The notes under the pieces are model-generated. The model saw only the letters and a list, made by a program, of their open reading frames with translations, made no database searches and was not told the origin of the DNA. From the NCBI GenBank assembly GCA_963770895.1, contig CAVYRF010000002.1, positions 640,001 through 704,000 of the forward strand: a DNA stretch of 64,000 bases. Reading direction: 5' to 3'. The stretch comes from an uncultured Acidobacteriota bacterium (GTDB lineage Bacteria; Acidobacteriota; Thermoanaerobaculia; Multivoradales; UBA5704). Positions 58,680-64,000 of the stretch are shown in pieces (within the stretch, counting starts at the first letter, position 1; each line of letters opens with the position of its first letter). The position numbers were made by a program, and so were the translations under genes.

Positions 58680-60050
58680 ATGGCCCAGGGCAACCTCGTG
58701 CTGCTGGTCGACGACGAAAGCGGCGTGCGTTTCGGCATCCGCGAGTACCTGCACGGCGAGGGCTACCGGGTGCGCGAGGCGGACAGCCGCCGCGCCGCCG
58801 TCGCGGCGTTCCACCAGGAGCACTGCGACGCGGTGATCGTCGATTACCTGTTGCCTGACGGCAACGCCCTGGAGCTGCTGTCGCAGATCCACCACGCGGA
58901 TCCCGAAGTGCCGATCATCATCCTGACCGGCCACGGCTCGATCGAGCTGGCGGTCGAAGCCATCCAGCGCGGCGCCGCCAACTTCCTGACCAAACCCATC
59001 GAGCTCGCGGCGTTGCAGGTGATCCTGCACCGCAGCATCGACGCCCAGCGCGACCGCCGGCGGCAGCGCGCCGCGCAGACGCGCGAAGCGCGCCTGGCGC
59101 ACAACCCGTTCATCGGCACCAGTCCCGCCATCCGCCAGCTCGCCCGCGAGGCTGACAAGCTGTGCATGACGGAAGCGCCGGTGCTGCTGACCGGCGAGAC
59201 CGGCACCGGCAAGGGGGTCATGGCAAGGTGGCTGCACGCCAACGGGCCGCGCGCCGAGGAGGCTTTTGTCGATCTCAACTGCGCCTGCTTCACGCGCGAG
59301 CTCCTGGAAAGCGAGCTGTTCGGCTACGAAAGAGGCGCCTTCACCGGCGCGGTGACGCGCAAGGCGGGCCTGTTCGAGGTCGCCCACCGCGGCACGCTGA
59401 TGCTCGACGAGATCGGTGACCTGGATCTGCACGTGCAGCCCAAGCTGCTCAAGGCGATCGAAGATCGGCGGCTGCGCCCGTTGGGAGGGCTGCGCGACCG
59501 CAGCGTCGACACCCGGCTGATCACCGCCACGCATCGCAACCTGCTCCAGCTGGTCGAAGAGGGGCGCTTCCGCCGCGACCTGTTCTACCGCATCAGCACC
59601 ATTCCCCTGGACCTGCCGCCGCTGCGCGAGCGGCGCCAGGACATCCCGCCGCTCGCCCGCCACCTGCTGGAAGGACCGCTGGCGCGGCGCCTGCCGAGCG
59701 CGCTGCACCTGTCGCCGGGCGCCGAACAGACGCTGGGCGACTACCCCTGGCCGGGCAACATCCGCGAGCTGGCCAACGTACTGGAGCGCGCGACGCTGCT
59801 GGTCCAGGGTGACACCATCGACGTCGCCGACCTGCGCTTCGACACCGGCGCGGCGCACGCGGCGGGCAGCGCCGAGCCGGACATGACGCTGGCCGACCTG
59901 GAGACCCATCACATCGAGCGCGTGCTGAGCGAAGAGAACGGCAGCGTCGAGCGGGCGGCAAAGCGCCTGGGCATCTCGCGCAGCAATCTCTATCAGCGCC
60001 TGAAGGTCGGCCGCGAGGCGACCACCAACCCGCAACCCCGCCCGCGCTGA
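58680..60050 (+). CDS. Sigma54-dependent response regulator (NtrC/AtoC family)
   Basis: Receiver (LVDDE..VDYLLPDG..KP), GETGTGKG, ESELFG.E.GAFTGA, LDEIG, WPGNIREL and C-terminal HTH. Confidence 0.93.
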   Translation: MAQGNLVLLVDDESGVRFGIREYLHGEGYRVREADSRRAAVAAFHQEHCDAVIVDYLLPDGNALELLSQIHHADPEVPIIILTGHGSIELAVEAIQRGAANFLTKPIELAALQVILHRSIDAQRDRRRQRAAQTREARLAHNPFIGTSPAIRQLAREADKLCMTEAPVLLTGETGTGKGVMARWLHANGPRAEEAFVDLNCACFTRELLESELFGYERGAFTGAVTRKAGLFEVAHRGTLMLDEIGDLDLHVQPKLLKAIEDRRLRPLGGLRDRSVDTRLITATHRNLLQLVEEGRFRRDLFYRISTIPLDLPPLRERRQDIPPLARHLLEGPLARRLPSALHLSPGAEQTLGDYPWPGNIRELANVLERATLLVQGDTIDVADLRFDTGAAHAAGSAEPDMTLADLETHHIERVLSEENGSVERAAKRLGISRSNLYQRLKVGREATTNPQPRPR

Positions 60051-60081
60051 CCCGGCGCGCGCCGCTGTCTTTCGTCTTCTT

Positions 60082-60102
60082 TCTGGACAGCCGCCGTCCA
60101 GA
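60082..60102. promoter_or_regulatory. Candidate upstream activator (enhancer) palindrome
   Basis: TCTGGAC-N7-GTCCAGA about 110 bp upstream of a sigma54 site, with an AT-rich stretch at 60157-60195 in between. Confidence 0.45.
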
Positions 60103-60208
60103 TCCTGGATTGGCCGCGCCCGCCGCGCCGCAGCGGCGGACGCCACCGGCACTCGCAAACCTTTCTTTTAGAGAACTTTGTCTAGCGAATTGAAAGCCTG
60201 ACCGCGGG

Positions 60209-60223
60209 TGGCGCGGTCCTTGC
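60209..60223 (+). promoter_or_regulatory. Sigma54 -24/-12 promoter
   Basis: TGGCGC-GGTCC-TTGC with exact GG-N10-GC spacing, directly downstream of a sigma54 activator gene. Confidence 0.75.
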
Positions 60224-60236
60224 CTTATAAGGGGGC

Positions 60237-60734
60237 ATGGTACCGGGGCGCACAATGCTGGTGATCGACGACGACGAGTCGATCGTTTTCGCATTGGAGT
60301 CGTATTTCGCCTCGGATGGATGGACCGTAGATTCGGCGAAGCGACTGGACAGCGCCTTGGACCTGCTGTCGACCGGATGCTACGCGCTGGTCCTCACCGA
60401 CCTCCGCCTGGGAGGTTGCCAGGAAACCGAAGGTCTGGAGATCGCGCGGTCGGCGGCGCGGCTGCGCCCCGCCACCCACGTGATCCTGCTCACCGCCTTC
60501 GGCACTCCCGAGATCGAGGACGAAGCGCGCCGCATCGGAGTTGACGCATTCCTCCATAAGCCGCTGCCCCTGTCCGAGATCGCGCAGGTGGCCAGACGGA
60601 TCACCACTCAGCAAAGCCAATCTTCCGCTGCGATCCCCGAGGAGAGCCATCCATGTCCATCCCCCGCTGGTCCGCTTCACCGCAAACGTTCCGCAAGTGG
60701 CTTATCGCGGCCGCCCTGCTCATCGCGCAACTGA
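60237..60734 (+). CDS. Single-domain response regulator
   Basis: LVIDDD, LVLTDLRL, LLTAFG and FLHKP. Start may be 60255; the tail overlaps the next gene. Confidence 0.85.
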   Translation: MVPGRTMLVIDDDESIVFALESYFASDGWTVDSAKRLDSALDLLSTGCYALVLTDLRLGGCQETEGLEIARSAARLRPATHVILLTAFGTPEIEDEARRIGVDAFLHKPLPLSEIAQVARRITTQQSQSSAAIPEESHPCPSPAGPLHRKRSASGLSRPPCSSRN

Positions 60735-63700
60735 CGACTGCCGGAGCCGCCGCGGCCGAAACCACCGCGGCCAGCAGCTCCTACGGCGAAGCGGTCAACC
60801 TTTCCGCCCTGCCGATCGTGGGCGGCGGCGTCACCGTCACCAGCGGCCCGGTGCCGCAGGTCGGCGGCACCGCTCCAGGCCCGTATGCGCAGAGCACTTC
60901 GCTGGCCAGCGTCGCGGCCAGCAGCTCGCTGACCGGCCCGCTCCTGAGCACCGGCGTCATCAACGTCAGCGCCACGTCGCCGGTGCCCGCCACCAATCAG
61001 GCGGCGGCCAGCGCCGAGGTCGACAACCCTTCGCTCGGAATCGTCGGCAACCTTCAGCTGCTGACGCTGTCCGCCGGCCAGATCAGCTCCAGCGCGCAGA
61101 TCGCCGGCACCTGCGGCACGGCCCTTACAACCACCGGTTCGTCGCAGCTCACCGGCGCCAAGCTGGGGGGAGCCCTGGCGAGCGGCGCGGTCAACGCTAC
61201 GCCCGCCGCCAATACCGAGCTGCTCAACATCCTGGGCATTCGCGTCGTGCTCAACGAGCAGACCGTGGCCGGCGACGGCGTGACCACGTCGTCGCTCACC
61301 GTCAACGCGGTGCACGTTTATATTGCCAACGCGCTGCTGACCGGGTTGGGGGTGTTGAGCGGCGACGTCGTGATCGCTCATTCGCAAGCGTCGCTGGATT
61401 GTAATGGGCTGCCCAATTCCGCCGACCTGTCGGTCACCAAGTCGAGCAGCCCGAACCCGGCGACCGTCGGCCAGAACCTGACCTATACGATCACCGCCGC
61501 CAACGCCGGACCGGATACGGCTACTGACGTCACGGTCACCGATCCGCTGCCGCTCGGCGTCACCCTGGTGTCCGCAACCCCCAGCCAGGGGACCTGTTCC
61601 GGCACCCTGTCGATCACCTGCAGCCTGGGCTCCATCGGCGCCGGCGCCAGCGCCACGGTCGCCATCGTGATCCTGCCGCAGCTTGCGGGGACGCTGGTCA
61701 ACAGCGCCACCGCCAGCAGCGGCACCAGCGACCCGACGCCGGGCAACAACACCGGCAGCACCAGCACCACCGTCAATCCCGCCGGCGGCGGCAGCTCCGC
61801 CGACCTGTCGGTGAACGGCAGCGCGGCGCCCAGCCCGGCGACCGTCGGCAGCCAGCTCAACTATTCCATCCAGGTGGCCAACGCCGGTCCCAACGGCGCC
61901 GGCGACGTGGTTGTAACCGATACCCTGCCGGCAGGCGTCACCTTCGTCGCCGCCAATCCCAGCCAGGGCAGCTGCTCGGGCACCTCCATCGTGGTGTGCG
62001 ACCTGGGCACCCTGGCAAGCGGCGGCGCCGCCAGCGTGGCGATCGCGGTCGTTCCCACCGCGCCGGGCATCCTGGTCAACACGGCAAGCGTCGCGAGCGG
62101 CGTCCCCGACCCCAATCCGGGCAACAACACCATCACCTTCAGCACCACCGTCAATGCCGCGGGCGGCGGCAGCACCCAGGCCGACCTCTCGCTGGTCAAA
62201 TCGGCGGCGCCCAATCCGGTCACCGTCGGCAGTCCGCTCACCTACACCCTGACGGTCCACAACGCCGGCCCCAGCGCCGCGGCCGACGTGGTGACCACCG
62301 ACACCCTGCCCGCCGGCGTCACCTTTGTTTCCGCCGGCGCCAGCCAGGGGAGCTGCTCGGGCACCTCCACGGTGATGTGCAACCTGGGCTCGGTCGCGTC
62401 GGGTGTCAACGCCACCGTCACCATCGTGGTGCTGCCGACCGCCAGCGGCACCCTGGCCAACAGCGCCACGGTTTCCAGCGGCAATCCCGATCCGAGCCCC
62501 GGCAACAACACCGGCACCACCACCACGACCGTCAATCCGGCCGGTGGCAGCGGCCAGGCGGACCTCATGCTCAGCGGCACGGTGGCGCCCAACCCGGTCA
62601 CCGTCGGCAACCAGATCACCTACACCATTCTGATCAAGAACGCCGGCCCGGACGGCGCCGGCAACGTAGTGTTCACCGACACCCTGCCGGCAGGCGTCAC
62701 CTTCGTCTCGTCGCTGGCAAGCCAGGGGAGCTGCACCGGCACCACGACGATCACCTGCAACCTGGGCACCCTGGCCGCCGGCAGCACGGCCGGCATCGAC
62801 ATCGCGGCCGTGCCCCACGTGGCCGGCACGCTCACCGATCACGCGAGCGTCGCGAGCAGCACGACCCTGACCGGCAACAACCCGCTGCAGATCGTCAGCA
62901 CCGCCACCGCCACCGGCAACCCGGCCGACCTGGCGGTGACCGCGACCGCGGCGCCCAATCCGGTGACCGTCGGCAGCCCGCTGACCTACATCCTGACGGT
63001 TCACAACAACGGGCCGAACGCGGCCGCCAACGTGCTGGCCTCCGACACGCTGCCGGCCGACGCGTCGCTCGTCTCCGCCACGACCACGCAGGGATCGTGC
63101 TTCGGGTCCTTTGCCATCGCCTGCAACCTCGGCACCGTCGCCGCGGGCGCTTCGGTCAAGATCACCATCGTGGTGACGCCGACCCAGGCAGGCACGGCGA
63201 TCGATCACGCCAACGTCTCCAGCAGCAACCCGGACCCCACCCCGGGCAACAACGACGCAACCGTCACCACGACGGTCAATCCGGCCGTCGGCGGCGGTAC
63301 GGTGACGCCGGCCGATCTCTCGATGACCAAGACGGCGGCGCCCAATCCGGTGACGGTCGGCTCCAGCCTGACCTACACCCTGACGGTGGCCAATGGCGGC
63401 CCGGCGAGCGCCACCGGCGTCGTGACCAGCGATACCCTGCCGAGCGGCGTCACGCTGGTCAGCGCCACTCCCAGCCAGGGCACCTGCTCCGGCACCACGG
63501 CGATCACCTGCAACCTGGGAACGCTGGCGTCGGGAGCGACGGCCACGGTGGCCATCGTCGTCACGCCGACGGCGGTGGAAACGCTGGTCAATTCCGCCAG
63601 CGTCACCTCCAACGCCACGGACGCCAACCCCAGCAACAACACCTCGACGGTCAGCGTCACGGTGCTGCCGCCGGGCGGTGCGGCGCAGTGCCGCATCGAC

Positions 63701-64000
63701 GACGCGCCGGCGGCAACGCTGCTCATCCCCTACTTCGCCGTCGACCTGTCGTCGCCGACCGGCATGGACACCTACTTCACCGTGGTCAACTCGGCGGCGG
63801 CGCCGCAGCTGGCCAGCGTCACGCTGTGGAGCGACTGGGCGATCCCGGTGATGACGTTCGACCTCTACCTGACCGGCTACGGCACCCAGACGATCGACCT
63901 GCGCAGCATCCTGACCTCCGGCAAGGCGCCGGTGACCGGACCCGGGGTCGACGCGCCAGGCGGCCTGTCGAGCGCCAACCAGAACTTCCCCGGTTGCAAC
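60653..64000 (+). CDS. Large secreted surface protein (3'-truncated): signal peptide, choice-of-anchor-P-like domain, six DUF11 repeats, uncharacterised C-terminal domain
   Basis: GAGGAG RBS plus ATG 60653; single frame to the window end (>1116 aa); VVLNEQT..LTVNAVHV; ADL-starting repeats at 61421, 61799, 62180, 62558, 62924 and 63311, all in frame. Absent from the ORF track because there is no stop in the window. Confidence 0.88.
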   Translation, partial: MSIPRWSASPQTFRKWLIAAALLIAQLTTAGAAAAETTAASSSYGEAVNLSALPIVGGGVTVTSGPVPQVGGTAPGPYAQSTSLASVAASSSLTGPLLSTGVINVSATSPVPATNQAAASAEVDNPSLGIVGNLQLLTLSAGQISSSAQIAGTCGTALTTTGSSQLTGAKLGGALASGAVNATPAANTELLNILGIRVVLNEQTVAGDGVTTSSLTVNAVHVYIANALLTGLGVLSGDVVIAHSQASLDCNGLPNSADLSVTKSSSPNPATVGQNLTYTITAANAGPDTATDVTVTDPLPLGVTLVSATPSQGTCSGTLSITCSLGSIGAGASATVAIVILPQLAGTLVNSATASSGTSDPTPGNNTGSTSTTVNPAGGGSSADLSVNGSAAPSPATVGSQLNYSIQVANAGPNGAGDVVVTDTLPAGVTFVAANPSQGSCSGTSIVVCDLGTLASGGAASVAIAVVPTAPGILVNTASVASGVPDPNPGNNTITFSTTVNAAGGGSTQADLSLVKSAAPNPVTVGSPLTYTLTVHNAGPSAAADVVTTDTLPAGVTFVSAGASQGSCSGTSTVMCNLGSVASGVNATVTIVVLPTASGTLANSATVSSGNPDPSPGNNTGTTTTTVNPAGGSGQADLMLSGTVAPNPVTVGNQITYTILIKNAGPDGAGNVVFTDTLPAGVTFVSSLASQGSCTGTTTITCNLGTLAAGSTAGIDIAAVPHVAGTLTDHASVASSTTLTGNNPLQIVSTATATGNPADLAVTATAAPNPVTVGSPLTYILTVHNNGPNAAANVLASDTLPADASLVSATTTQGSCFGSFAIACNLGTVAAGASVKITIVVTPTQAGTAIDHANVSSSNPDPTPGNNDATVTTTVNPAVGGGTVTPADLSMTKTAAPNPVTVGSSLTYTLTVANGGPASATGVVTSDTLPSGVTLVSATPSQGTCSGTTAITCNLGTLASGATATVAIVVTPTAVETLVNSASVTSNATDANPSNNTSTVSVTVLPPGGAAQCRIDDAPAATLLIPYFAVDLSSPTGMDTYFTVVNSAAAPQLASVTLWSDWAIPVMTFDLYLTGYGTQTIDLRSILTSGKAPVTGPGVDAPGGLSSANQNFPGCN

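Noticed and set aside
60677-63208. 843-aa minus-strand ORF and smaller minus-strand ORFs
   Set aside because: Antisense shadows of the + strand DUF11 protein, which has an RBS, signal peptide and recognisable domains.

Overview
High-GC bacterial chromosomal window, probably Acidobacteriota of the Thermoanaerobaculia type. This is inferred from the Oar-like TonB receptors, the Thr-type sulfatase-TPR proteins, the ECF/HEAT/DUF4097 module and an AATLLxPYFxVDL secreted domain. Contents in order: a DUF4301-SDR-FAD oxidoreductase (DprE2/DprE1-like) operon; envelope glycosylation genes; a ~12.5 kb Rhs polymorphic-toxin island (8.3-20.7 kb); an arnB-arnC-split arnA-arnD operon; assorted envelope genes; an orphan lysine/ornithine N-hydroxylase with moeA; two TonB-dependent receptors; two sulfatase-like/TPR genes followed by a MacAB-type exporter and a serine hydrolase; an ECF sigma/anti-sigma/DUF4097 module; and a sigma54 two-component module upstream of a giant DUF11 surface protein that the ORF track omits. 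The best candidate for an undescribed system is a two-gene 'split' Rhs. One signal-peptide protein carries a C39 peptidase and most of the YD shell, with a +1 frameshift in a G6 run. A second signal-peptide protein carries Ig-like repeats, the rest of the shell with three inserted beta-domains, the Rhs core and an unrecognised tip. A decayed orphan toxin/immunity array follows. A second unusual signal is a set of kb-scale, strand-specific compositional tracts (G/T-rich or C/A-rich, mostly at synonymous sites), two of them next to intergenic hairpins. All family assignments come from motif recognition by eye; no database searches were run.
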